This document shows, piece by piece, positions 18,875 to 26,653 of a stretch of DNA of 27,381 nt. The stretch spans positions 1 to 27,381 of the IMG/VR virus record IMGVR_UViG_3300029822_000060; one strand, 5' to 3'. The position numbers and the translations under genes were made by a program. This DNA comes from a virus. Taxonomy: Duplodnaviria > Caudoviricetes. How positions within the stretch are numbered: position 1 is the stretch's first letter; the number at the start of each line of letters is the position of its first letter. A model generated the notes under the pieces. The model saw only the letters and a list, made by a program, of their open reading frames with translations. It was not told where the DNA came from and searched no databases.

Positions 18875-20320
18875 CTATAATTTTATTGTTGCCCATAATT
18901 GTAGTTCGTTTACAAAACTCGCCCATCCGTATTCGCAACCATCTTGTGCGTGGTCGTTTCCAGCTCTTATTTCGCCCTTATCCCCACTTGTAGCAGTTCG
19001 ATGTTCTCGGATAAGATTAGGACATAGTGAGGATACTAAATAATCGTTATACGCCATAAGCGTTCTTATAAAGTAAACCCGCTTCTCGACTCCGTATTTT
19101 GTGCTTGGTTGAAAGATAAAATTAATCAATCCATTTTGCCGAGCGAGTAATTGTAGTCCATCCTTGAACCCTATATCCGCTGATTCGACATAGACTAATA
19201 CTTGACCTTTCATTAAGTCGGGATGGTTATGATATTTTTCTTGCCACCGTTTTAGTGTTTCGATAATCTCCATCATAATCTCCGGTTCTTTTTTCTTGAC
19301 AACTGAATTCGAGTGGAAGTATTCATCGATGGCAATAATCTTTTTTCTATCCCAAGTAAGCCCCGACATAATCATTGTGGTCGCACTTTTCACTTGGTTC
19401 TTATTTAGTTTTGCCGCACTTAACCCGGTATCAATCCCAATCGCATATCTTGTAAAGCGTGTCGCCATCACTTTTTGTGGTTCAGCAATACAACTGTCAT
19501 TCCATTCGGGATAAACCATCTCCCCCGTAACTCCCCACATTCCTAACGCTTCGACTTTGTATATTTCGGGTGCTTTGTCCCGTAAGTTTTCCATAGCCAC
19601 ATCGTAAATGCCATCTCGGAATTCATTTATCTTGTAAGTCGATATATGTAGATATAGCCCTTTACCATAATCCCCGATAAAATCTTTATCGTAATAATCA
19701 ATGTAATCGTTCGCTTCGAGTAGGTCGTAATCATCCTCTAACCGTCCTTTAAAGAAAACATCATATAGCCAATGTTCCTTTTTCCAAGCATTAAATAAAA
19801 ATGTGATTTGATAGAAATACCCCTCCGGCAGTTTCCCCCGTAATGACCCATCAAGTTTTCTAAATTCATCGTATGACTTAATCTCGAATGCTTCCTCAAG
19901 ATAGACATCCGTAAAGTATCCCGTTAATGCCCGAAGCCCCGTAAGTTTATCAGCGTTATCAAAACCTCTAAATACGATCATCTGACCGGTCGGGATATAT
20001 GTAATGATTTTATCGACTGAATTGATTTTGAAATACTTTGATAATGATATATCTGGATTTCGATAATCGGGTTGTCTAATTGCCCCAATGATTGTGTTCC
20101 AAGTAGTAATCTTGTGGCTCGTTTCCGTTTGGCGGACAACCATAACATTTCGTAATGGTTGCGTGATAATCTTGTTAATGACCTCAAGCCCTAATATAAC
20201 ATAAGATTTCTTGGTGTTCCTTGCCCCTTTGAATAAACGATAACGAGATGGATTATTTGTCCACCATGCTTTTGAATATCCCTTACCAATGATTTTAGAC
20301 ATCGAGAGTTCATTTGACAT
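18875..20320 (-). CDS. terL: Terminase large subunit (PBSX/SPP1-like)
   Basis: Walker A variant GARNTKKS, FRGFDN, Walker B VYLEEA, nuclease GIDTG and NDHAQD. Confidence 0.95.
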   Translation of the reverse strand: MSNELSMSKIIGKGYSKAWWTNNPSRYRLFKGARNTKKSYVILGLEVINKIITQPLRNVMVVRQTETSHKITTWNTIIGAIRQPDYRNPDISLSKYFKINSVDKIITYIPTGQMIVFRGFDNADKLTGLRALTGYFTDVYLEEAFEIKSYDEFRKLDGSLRGKLPEGYFYQITFLFNAWKKEHWLYDVFFKGRLEDDYDLLEANDYIDYYDKDFIGDYGKGLYLHISTYKINEFRDGIYDVAMENLRDKAPEIYKVEALGMWGVTGEMVYPEWNDSCIAEPQKVMATRFTRYAIGIDTGLSAAKLNKNQVKSATTMIMSGLTWDRKKIIAIDEYFHSNSVVKKKEPEIMMEIIETLKRWQEKYHNHPDLMKGQVLVYVESADIGFKDGLQLLARQNGLINFIFQPSTKYGVEKRVYFIRTLMAYNDYLVSSLCPNLIREHRTATSGDKGEIRAGNDHAQDGCEYGWASFVNELQLWATIKL

Positions 20321-20717
20321 CGTTAATAATTTTAATTCCTACATCATCGCCAGAGAGTGCTAATTCTTGTTTATCGCCATAGTCTTTCGAGTATCGCATT
20401 TTCAAAAGATAGGCGGCGGCTTTCCAATCGGCTTGTTGTGCAGCGTTGATTGTTTCCATCGCTCTTTTAATGAATTCTTGCTTCGCACGGTTGTATTTAT
20501 TCAAAAAGTCCGTATGATATGATGTTTTCCCCGCTTCAATATCTTGCTCGGCACGGTTGATCCATTCATAGATACTTGTCGTTGCGAGTTGGGCATATTC
20601 AGCACTATGACCTATGGTCATACCAAGTTCTATACAGTGTAAAAATTGATTGACCGCTTCTTTGTTGTGAACTAATATCGGCTTCCGCCCCATATTTGAT
20701 TTTCTTTTTCTTTCCAT
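20310..20717 (-). CDS. terS: Terminase small subunit
   Basis: MGRKP, HTH-like ELGMTIGHSAEYAQLATTSIYEW, DWKAAAYLL; directly upstream of TerL; SD GGAGG. Confidence 0.85.
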   Translation of the reverse strand: MERKRKSNMGRKPILVHNKEAVNQFLHCIELGMTIGHSAEYAQLATTSIYEWINRAEQDIEAGKTSYHTDFLNKYNRAKQEFIKRAMETINAAQQADWKAAAYLLKMRYSKDYGDKQELALSGDDVGIKIINDVK

Positions 20718-20774
20718 AATATACCTCCGCATATTCTGTAACTACCACATTTATAGGATGCGTTCCTTTACTCT

Positions 20775-20788
20775 ATTATACACCAAAA
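20775..20788 (-). promoter_or_regulatory. Putative late promoter -10 TTTTGGTGTATAAT
   Basis: Perfect TATAAT upstream of terS, overlapping the terminator T-run; no good -35. Confidence 0.55.
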
Positions 20789-20810
20789 AAGAGAGGATGT
20801 TAATCCCCCT
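20785..20810 (-). terminator. Intrinsic terminator ending the early operon
   Basis: AGGGGGAT-TAAC-ATCCTCTC followed by T6. Confidence 0.7.
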
Positions 20811-20995
20811 TATTTGTATTCGATAATTTTATCATCATATATGACCACCGCCGACTCGAAATAATTGTATTGATTTTTGACCATTGCGATACACTCCTCG
20901 ATGAATTCGCATGAAGTCGCCGCCCCGTATTTAACGAGTTGTTCGATTTCATCTTTGTCATAGAATATGATTTTGAAATTCGTTGCTTTAGTCAT
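20810..20995 (-). CDS. Hypothetical protein
   Basis: Coupled ORF with upstream AGGAG; ends at a terminator. Confidence 0.7.
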   Translation of the reverse strand: MTKATNFKIIFYDKDEIEQLVKYGAATSCEFIEECIAMVKNQYNYFESAVVIYDDKIIEYK

Positions 20996-21479
20996 ATAGT
21001 TTAATCTCCTGTAAGTCTTTGGCGGATTTTAACGGTTTGCCATATCGGTTTTGATAGTCGCTTAATTTCATCGGATGCCCGTAGATACGGAGTTCACTGA
21101 CTAAATTAAGATAGAATGTTTCCTTTTTCGGCAAGTCATCGCCATAAAGCGTAATGGGTCGGTTATCAATCTTAACCGTTATGCTCGATAAGTTGTTTTC
21201 TTTTAATAAATCGACTATCTCTTTTGTTTCAAGTTCGGTTGATTTGTATATCTCATACCAACCGATAACGCAATCTTGTATCGGTTTACCAATGGGATGA
21301 TCCCCGCTTTGCAGCACATATCCTAACCGCTTAATTCTTGTTAAACTTTCGGTCTTGAGTGGTCTTAAATAAATGTGATAACTCTGCCTGATTTCCAGCG
21401 GCTTATCAGTTATAACATATTGTGAATCGCCTCTTAATAAACCGACAATCTCTCTTGCCTTATGATTTCGTAGTTTCAT
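20988..21479 (-). CDS. Divergent ASCH/PUA-like protein
   Basis: SD AGGAGG before ATG 21479; VIGWYEI and ELRIYGHPMKLSDY resemble phage ASCH proteins; the canonical GxKxxExR motif is degenerate. Confidence 0.5.
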   Translation of the reverse strand: MKLRNHKAREIVGLLRGDSQYVITDKPLEIRQSYHIYLRPLKTESLTRIKRLGYVLQSGDHPIGKPIQDCVIGWYEIYKSTELETKEIVDLLKENNLSSITVKIDNRPITLYGDDLPKKETFYLNLVSELRIYGHPMKLSDYQNRYGKPLKSAKDLQEIKLYD

Positions 21480-21489
21480 TCTATACCTC

Positions 21490-21690
21490 CTAATGATTTT
21501 GCTTTCGGTGTTCATGTGAACCATTTATTGCATTAACTTTTCTTTCGTAGTCTTGTTTTGTTAGTGGCACGGCATTACTTGGTATATCTTTGTTCATGTA
21601 AAGAACTAACCATAATTCCATATATTGCCCGAAAGTCATTTCAAACACCATTTTTTCTAACATAAAGTCGAATATACTTGATTGTTTCAT
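21490..21690 (-). CDS. Hypothetical protein
   Basis: 66-aa ORF in an ATGA overlap chain. Confidence 0.65.
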   Translation of the reverse strand: MKQSSIFDFMLEKMVFEMTFGQYMELWLVLYMNKDIPSNAVPLTKQDYERKVNAINGSHEHRKQNH

Positions 21691-21845
21691 TTTTGCTTGA
21701 TCATCTTAAACATTTTTGTTTTAAGCCTTTCATAGTGTTTTTTTGTATCTCGATAGTGTGGTGTTTTTTTATTTAATGTTAACATATACTGTTCTAATAT
21801 GTGCATCTTATTCTCTAACTCGTTAATGTTGTATTGCTTTTTCAT
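21687..21845 (-). CDS. Small basic hypothetical protein (52 aa), not in track
   Basis: MKKQYNINELENKMHILEQYMLTL...MIKQK; fills the gap with an ATGA overlap. Confidence 0.6.
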   Translation of the reverse strand: MKKQYNINELENKMHILEQYMLTLNKKTPHYRDTKKHYERLKTKMFKMIKQK

Positions 21846-21847
21846 TA

Positions 21848-22663
21848 TTAGTCTTCACTTTCTAATAGTTCAATTTGTTCAAAGTTGGCAAAAATGCTAA
21901 TTTGTCCTTGTTGGTCTAAACCTAACAACCGCTCGGTTGCAATTTTGTGGTATGTTTCATCAATTTCAAACCCTATATATTTCCTTTCCGTTTCCTTACA
22001 TGCAGCGGCAGTTGTTCCGCTCCCCATGAACGGATCAAGCACGACATCACCAGGTTGAGTAGTGTGTAGCAAGTGGCGTTTCACCAACTCAAGTGGCTTA
22101 ATAGTGGGATGGTTGTAAAGTTCCTTGTCGCCCTTATTTATGGGACTATAAAAAAACTTACTTTTATATTCATAACCGTCGTTCAACTTTACCCCCCCCT
22201 CTCGAAAGTATAGACAATATTCTAAATCTGATAGCCATACATTATTTGTAGTCGGTATCGGGTTTGTTTTACACCACACAAGCATTTCGTAAAAAGTGCC
22301 TAATTTATCAAAATAATTCATGATATCTAAAATTTGTTTTTTACTACACCATATATAAACATTTATCTTTTTAAGCACTCGCACAATTTCATCTAAAATC
22401 GAGTAATCAATGCCGAAAGCAATATCGCTATTTTCATAACTGTTTTTCTCCTTACGGGTAGCAAGTCCTTTACCTCTACGCTTTGAAACATCCTCGTATT
22501 CCTTGTGATAGTTCCGTTCTTTTGTACCGAAAACACCACCACCAAGAACATTGCCCTCAAAGTCATAAGGGATGTCCGTATAAACGCAATCAACGCTCTT
22601 ATCGGGTAATTTTTTGATCAATTCATAAGCGTCGCCTAAATGTATCTTGTTAATTTCAATCAT
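21848..22663 (-). CDS. Orphan DNA methyltransferase (N4-C/N6-A, beta class)
   Basis: Motif IV variant DIPY, HPTIKP, motif I VLDPFMGSGTT, GFEID; no partner endonuclease nearby. Confidence 0.92.
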   Translation of the reverse strand: MIEINKIHLGDAYELIKKLPDKSVDCVYTDIPYDFEGNVLGGGVFGTKERNYHKEYEDVSKRRGKGLATRKEKNSYENSDIAFGIDYSILDEIVRVLKKINVYIWCSKKQILDIMNYFDKLGTFYEMLVWCKTNPIPTTNNVWLSDLEYCLYFREGGVKLNDGYEYKSKFFYSPINKGDKELYNHPTIKPLELVKRHLLHTTQPGDVVLDPFMGSGTTAAACKETERKYIGFEIDETYHKIATERLLGLDQQGQISIFANFEQIELLESED

Positions 22664-22676
22664 TTATCTCCCCTTT

Positions 22677-23045
22677 CTAATCTTCAATTATTTTTTTTAA
22701 CCGCTCGATCGTATGCACTGTCGCATCTTTTGTCCCTTGTTCATAGATTGCATACCTGCCATCTAATCCGCTATTTTCATTCAAGGATTCTTTTAGTTCA
22801 GCAATGTATAGTCTTATTTTAGCAACTTTTGATGCAGCACTCTTTTTCTTAATATATACTTTCGGTTTGAATGGTGCGTAATTCTTTTGATAATGAATAA
22901 TGAGCGGTTTAATTTGTATGTTTAATTCATCAGTGGACATCTCACCACGCCTATCCATTTCATTTTTTATATAATGGCGGAATCGGTATTGCAGCGTATC
23001 CCATCGGGCTTTATTTTCATCGTTTAACAATAACCGTATTTTCAT
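22677..23045 (-). CDS. Hypothetical protein
   Basis: 122 aa, ATGA overlap. Confidence 0.75.
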   Translation of the reverse strand: MKIRLLLNDENKARWDTLQYRFRHYIKNEMDRRGEMSTDELNIQIKPLIIHYQKNYAPFKPKVYIKKKSAASKVAKIRLYIAELKESLNENSGLDGRYAIYEQGTKDATVHTIERLKKIIED

Positions 23046-23467
23046 TCTATAAATGCCTCCACATATTCCCGACCTTGACTTTCGTTAATCGGCACATCAT
23101 CGTTTGAGAGTAGTTTGTATTGCCCGTTTCTGCGTAATTTATACACCAGCTTGTTGATCCGTTTTGCGTGATTTTCGATTTGTTTCCGGTGTTTTTCGAT
23201 GTATTCTAACGCTTCTGCTTCAGTTGCTATTTTGAACTCGTTGTTTTTCAGGATGATTAACTTTTCGATTTTTTCCGATTGGTTAATAGCCATCATATCT
23301 TGATTCATAGTCGAGCAGACATCGTGTGCTTTCGGGCTGTCGTTTAATTCGTATTCGCCGATTAAAGCAAAGTGTATTTCTCGCTTGTCTATCCAGCGGT
23401 TAGGATTTAATAAGGCTTGTTCTCGTAAATATCGGTAGAACATCCATTGTCTTGGTGTTAAATTCAT
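23042..23467 (-). CDS. Hypothetical protein, possible winged-HTH
   Basis: MNLTPRQWMFYRYL...WIDKREI resembles wHTH N-termini; SD AAGGAG. Confidence 0.65.
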   Translation of the reverse strand: MNLTPRQWMFYRYLREQALLNPNRWIDKREIHFALIGEYELNDSPKAHDVCSTMNQDMMAINQSEKIEKLIILKNNEFKIATEAEALEYIEKHRKQIENHAKRINKLVYKLRRNGQYKLLSNDDVPINESQGREYVEAFIE

Positions 23468-23634
23468 TTTATTTCTCCTTTGTCAATCGCCATTTGTAGA
23501 TATTCAATGGCTTTTAGTAGCAACTCGATTTGTTCATCGTAGTCTTCACTATGTTTTCTAGCTTGTCGACATAAGAATTGTTTATCTCGCAAGTAATTAA
23601 GATCGGTCAATAATAACCGTAATGCTTGTTTCAT
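23464..23634 (-). CDS. Small hypothetical protein (56 aa), not in track
   Basis: MKQALRLLLTDLNYLRDKQFLCRQ...IDKGEIK; ATGA overlaps on both sides. Confidence 0.7.
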   Translation of the reverse strand: MKQALRLLLTDLNYLRDKQFLCRQARKHSEDYDEQIELLLKAIEYLQMAIDKGEIK

Positions 23635-23891
23635 CTTATAGCCCTTTTGATATTCTTGTATTTTCTAATTAAGGCTTTTACTTGTCTTTGGGTAGTTATA
23701 CGACTTTTATATAGGTGGATATTAGCCGTTTGTCCTATTTTTTCTTGTGTAATTGACATCGACAAATAGAACCCATCAGTATATTCACGAGCGTATAATA
23801 CTTCGTTTTTTGTAACAAAATAATTGCCTCTGTCAATCAGCTTCCACCCTAATTCTTTCTTAATAATTTCCTTTAACATTTCGTGGTTCAT
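23631..23891 (-). CDS. Hypothetical protein
   Basis: SD AGGGAG before ATG 23891 (MNHEMLKE...). Confidence 0.75.
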   Translation of the reverse strand: MNHEMLKEIIKKELGWKLIDRGNYFVTKNEVLYAREYTDGFYLSMSITQEKIGQTANIHLYKSRITTQRQVKALIRKYKNIKRAIR

Positions 23892-23904
23892 TTTCTTTCT
23901 CCCT

Positions 23905-24633
23905 TTATAAATTTTTAATTTCTTCCCAAATTGGATCGAGTTCATCTTCTATTTCTACTGCAACCGTTTTCTTTTTTTCGGCTTTTCCGATATTATCTCT
24001 GCTTAACCATCCTCTGATCGCCGCTTTCCAATCTTTCATCTTTTCTTTGCCTACTTTCCACCCTTTTGATTCGTAGAAGTTATAGAAACGATTTGCATAT
24101 CCATCAATGTCTGTGTCGTATTCTTGTTCTTTTAGAAATATTTTAATTTCATCGAGAGTGGGTTTAATAAAGCGGGTTGCTTTATCTCTCTCTAACTCTA
24201 TACTATCCTTACCTAACCTATCCTTACCTAACCTAACCTGTGTATCCATAATGTATACATTGTCGTTTTCATCATCTAATAATCCGATTTGTTTAAGCGA
24301 ATAACCGTTTTTTTCGTTGATGATAAGTTGGTTTTTTTCATCGAGGTATTTTGTTTCGGTGTAGCGGTCGTTTTGAATGTAGTTGTGAATCCGCCAGTGT
24401 TTGATTACAACCACCCCGCTTTCAAATGGGATGATGAACTTTTTTGCGATTAGTAGTTTGATGTCATCATCCTTTGCCCCCACAATTCGCATAATTGATT
24501 TCGGGTTATTGATGAACCCATCATCATCCGCTCTCATCGCAAGATGGAAGTATAATGCTTGTGTGCTGGGTGGCATATCGATAAAGGCATCACTGTCAAT
24601 TATCGTTTTTGCGAACATTCTTCTGTTTGCCAT
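23905..24633 (-). CDS. Replication initiator / replisome organiser
   Basis: MANRRMFAKTIIDSDAFIDMPPSTQALYFHLAMRADDDGF N-terminus; FIKPTLDEI...FYNFYESKGWKVG...MKDWKAAIRGW C-terminus. Confidence 0.9.
   Translation of the reverse strand: MANRRMFAKTIIDSDAFIDMPPSTQALYFHLAMRADDDGFINNPKSIMRIVGAKDDDIKLLIAKKFIIPFESGVVVIKHWRIHNYIQNDRYTETKYLDEKNQLIINEKNGYSLKQIGLLDDENDNVYIMDTQVRLGKDRLGKDSIELERDKATRFIKPTLDEIKIFLKEQEYDTDIDGYANRFYNFYESKGWKVGKEKMKDWKAAIRGWLSRDNIGKAEKKKTVAVEIEDELDPIWEEIKNL
24203..24240 (-). repeat. Pentamer-phased direct repeats in the rep gene (candidate origin iterons)
   Basis: CAGGT TAGGT TAGGT AAGGA TAGGT TAGGT AAGGA TAG; a 15-bp unit occurs twice. Confidence 0.55.
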
Positions 24634-24634
24634 A

Positions 24635-24799
24635 TTATTCCTCTCCTGTTAGTTTTTCGATTTCACTTGCTGGGATCATGCGGACACCGGCGACTAATAC
24701 TGATTTAATCTTTCCATCCCGCACCCAGCGGTAGACTGAATTGCGATGAACGCCAATCATTTTGGCGACTTCGACTTGTTTGTATGCTTTTCTTTCCAT
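24635..24799 (-). CDS. Excisionase-like (HTH_17/MerR-type) DNA-binding protein
   Basis: EVAKMIGVHRNSVYRWVRDGKIKSV...RMIPASEIE; SD AAAGGAG before ATG 24799; frame is open upstream to ATG 24916. Confidence 0.85.
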   Translation of the reverse strand: MERKAYKQVEVAKMIGVHRNSVYRWVRDGKIKSVLVAGVRMIPASEIEKLTGEE

Positions 24800-24908
24800 A
24801 TTGTCTCCTTTCTGTTTGTTTGACTCTACATAGAATTCATCGAATACAACCGACTTAAAGTAGTCATTTTCCGCTTTGGCTTTTTTGCCTACTTTCATTA
24901 ACATTTCT

Positions 24909-25268
24909 TTAGTCATGTTTTTCCCTTTTTACTTCTTGATGGTATTGATATAGATTGCCTTTTACTTTGTTGTGAGCTTGGTATAAATCTCCATCTACTT
25001 CATGGCAGAATTGTTCCAGAAAACCACCTACTAGATGGTTGTGTTGGAATAAATTGCCACTAACTTTGTGATGATTTTGATGTAAATTGCCTTTTACTTT
25101 GTGATGACTTTGATTTAAGTTTCCTTTAACTTTCCAACATGATATGTATATATCCCCGTCAAAGTCGCTAAAATCTAAATCCGTTAGCCATAAGTCGCCA
25201 TTGTCATCTACGCAATTTGCTAATAACCATTCTTTAATTTCTTTGGCTGTTAATACTTCTTTACTCAT
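24909..25268 (-). CDS. His-rich 11-residue repeat protein
   Basis: About six repeats of xxKVxGNLxQx. Confidence 0.8.
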   Translation of the reverse strand: MSKEVLTAKEIKEWLLANCVDDNGDLWLTDLDFSDFDGDIYISCWKVKGNLNQSHHKVKGNLHQNHHKVSGNLFQHNHLVGGFLEQFCHEVDGDLYQAHNKVKGNLYQYHQEVKREKHD

Positions 25269-25557
25269 TTTCTTTCTCCTGTGCTAATTGTTCGGCAATG
25301 TATTCTTTTATTGCTCTAACAATCTCATCAAATGTATAACCTTGTAACATTAAGGCATCAACTTCATCGTGTATATAACATAATTTCATGAATGTAAGCC
25401 ACTTTTGTTCTTCATACGCTTTAATTTTTTCTTTCCTATCGTATGAATCTAAGTCCAATCTATACCCAAACTTTTTCAACATTGTTGTTTTCTTATCTCT
25501 CCACCGATAGACTTCGAGTTCGGCTAATAATTCTTGAATGTTTACTTCGTTATTCAT
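25261..25557 (-). CDS. Hypothetical early protein
   Basis: SD AAAGGAG; first gene after a consensus promoter. Confidence 0.8.
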   Translation of the reverse strand: MNNEVNIQELLAELEVYRWRDKKTTMLKKFGYRLDLDSYDRKEKIKAYEEQKWLTFMKLCYIHDEVDALMLQGYTFDEIVRAIKEYIAEQLAQEKENE

Positions 25558-25603
25558 TTTGTTTCTCCTTTATCGCCTTGTGGCAATTCCTTTTCTTGTC
25601 TAC

Positions 25604-25632
25604 ATAATAAACCATTCGCAAACGGTTGTCAA
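25604..25632 (-). promoter_or_regulatory. Strong sigma70-type early promoter with a palindromic spacer (operator?)
   Basis: TTGACA-N17-TATTAT; AACCGTTTGCGAATGGTT (14/18 dyad) fills the spacer; AT-rich upstream tract. Confidence 0.85.
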
Positions 25633-25678
25633 TACAAAAGATAAAAAAAATTAAAATTATTTTCAACCCCGCAATTAG

Positions 25679-25705
25679 TAGGCATAACTAGGCAGATGGT
25701 AGGCA
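25679..25705 (+). repeat. Three helically phased TAGGCA direct repeats
   Basis: Starts at 25679, 25689 and 25700. Confidence 0.6.
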
Positions 25706-25758
25706 AGATAAATTACCGCAAAACTATCGCATAGATTATTTTTCATGTATAATATATA

Positions 25759-25851
25759 TATGGTGGTCTCTCATTTTCCCACCCCTTTCCGAGAGTGAAT
25801 ATTACCTCCTATTAATAAGTTGATTATTAAAATGAATATTCACTCTTTTTT
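25759..25851 (+). ncRNA. Candidate small regulatory RNA with C-rich/anti-SD loops
   Basis: TATAAT at 25748-25753; C-rich loop hairpin; 12-bp perfect stem 25792-25803/25835-25846 enclosing ACCTCCT, then a T-run. Confidence 0.45.
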
Positions 25852-26298
25852 ATATTCAAGCGTTATCTCGATTCCAGGCACTTCTGCATATTCCTTTCGC
25901 GCGTGAATTTCGTGGATCACATTATCATCTTGATAAAACACCCCGCTCATACGGTCAATAATCATTTTAAGTAAATTATCAAGATCTGGTTTTTTGTTAT
26001 GCCCACTGCCATATAGGGCGTTTTTCTTTTTTTTCGATAAACTACTTGCTGGGCAAAGCCTAAATACCACGCTTAACGCTATTTTGAGACCCGTAGGAGT
26101 GTTTTTTACTATCTCGCTTATATTTTCACGCTCAACGAAAGAAAGGGCGGTAAACGCCCCTTTTATCGCTTTCGTATATTCGTTGAACTTTTGTTCTACT
26201 TCTTTTGGATAATACAATGACACGAACTTCCCTCGCAATGCGTGTCTTACTCTTGGGAGAGCGACCGGTTCAAGTGCTAAATTAAAATGGTAAATCAT
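25840..26298 (-). CDS. rusA: RusA-family Holliday junction resolvase
   Basis: PRVR, KKPDLDNLLKMIIDRMSGVFYQDDNVI, KEYA motifs; likely start MIYHFNL overlapping the SSB end. Confidence 0.9.
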   Translation of the reverse strand: MIYHFNLALEPVALPRVRHALRGKFVSLYYPKEVEQKFNEYTKAIKGAFTALSFVERENISEIVKNTPTGLKIALSVVFRLCPASSLSKKKKNALYGSGHNKKPDLDNLLKMIIDRMSGVFYQDDNVIHEIHARKEYAEVPGIEITLEYKKE

Positions 26299-26653
26299 CT
26301 GCTGTTTCATCAGCGACCGCTCTCGGTTTTTCCACAATTTGTTCATCTTCGACCGGAGTTGGTTTCTTTTCGATAAACTCGATTTGCGATACTTTAACCT
26401 CGTGCGTTTTTCTTTTTTCCCCAATATTAGTTGTAAATGATGATTGAACGAGTTTCCCAATTATATAAATTTGGTGTCCTTTTTTCGTGAATTCACCGAT
26501 AAGTTCGCCAAGTTTCCCCCACGCTGTGCAGCGGATAAAATTCCCCGCTTCGCCATAGTTCCAAGCGACATCAAAGTTCACTACTGTTTCGCCCGTTTGT
26601 GTTTTTCGCACCTCCGGGTCTTTTGTTAATCTAACGATTCCGTTTACTTGCAT
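26282..26653 (-). CDS. ssb: Single-stranded DNA-binding protein
   Basis: RLTKDPEVR, FIRCTAWG, KKGHQIYIIGKL and acidic tail ending DDLPF. Confidence 0.95.
   Translation of the reverse strand: MQVNGIVRLTKDPEVRKTQTGETVVNFDVAWNYGEAGNFIRCTAWGKLGELIGEFTKKGHQIYIIGKLVQSSFTTNIGEKRKTHEVKVSQIEFIEKKPTPVEDEQIVEKPRAVADETADDLPF

Noticed and set aside
20195-20230. Non-canonical TerL Walker A (GARNTKKS)
   Set aside because: KKS-type variants are familiar in PBSX-family terminases; not evidence of inactivation.
25560-25850. Intergenic repeats as a mini-CRISPR array or tRNA
   Set aside because: Repeats are only 6 bp with no spacers, and I see no cloverleaf.
25840-26460. 206-aa version of RusA
   Set aside because: The N-terminal extension overlaps ssb extensively; the start at 26298 gives a normal-sized RusA.
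816-26629. All plus-strand ORFs in the track
   Set aside because: Short, antisense to well-supported genes, with no recognisable motifs.
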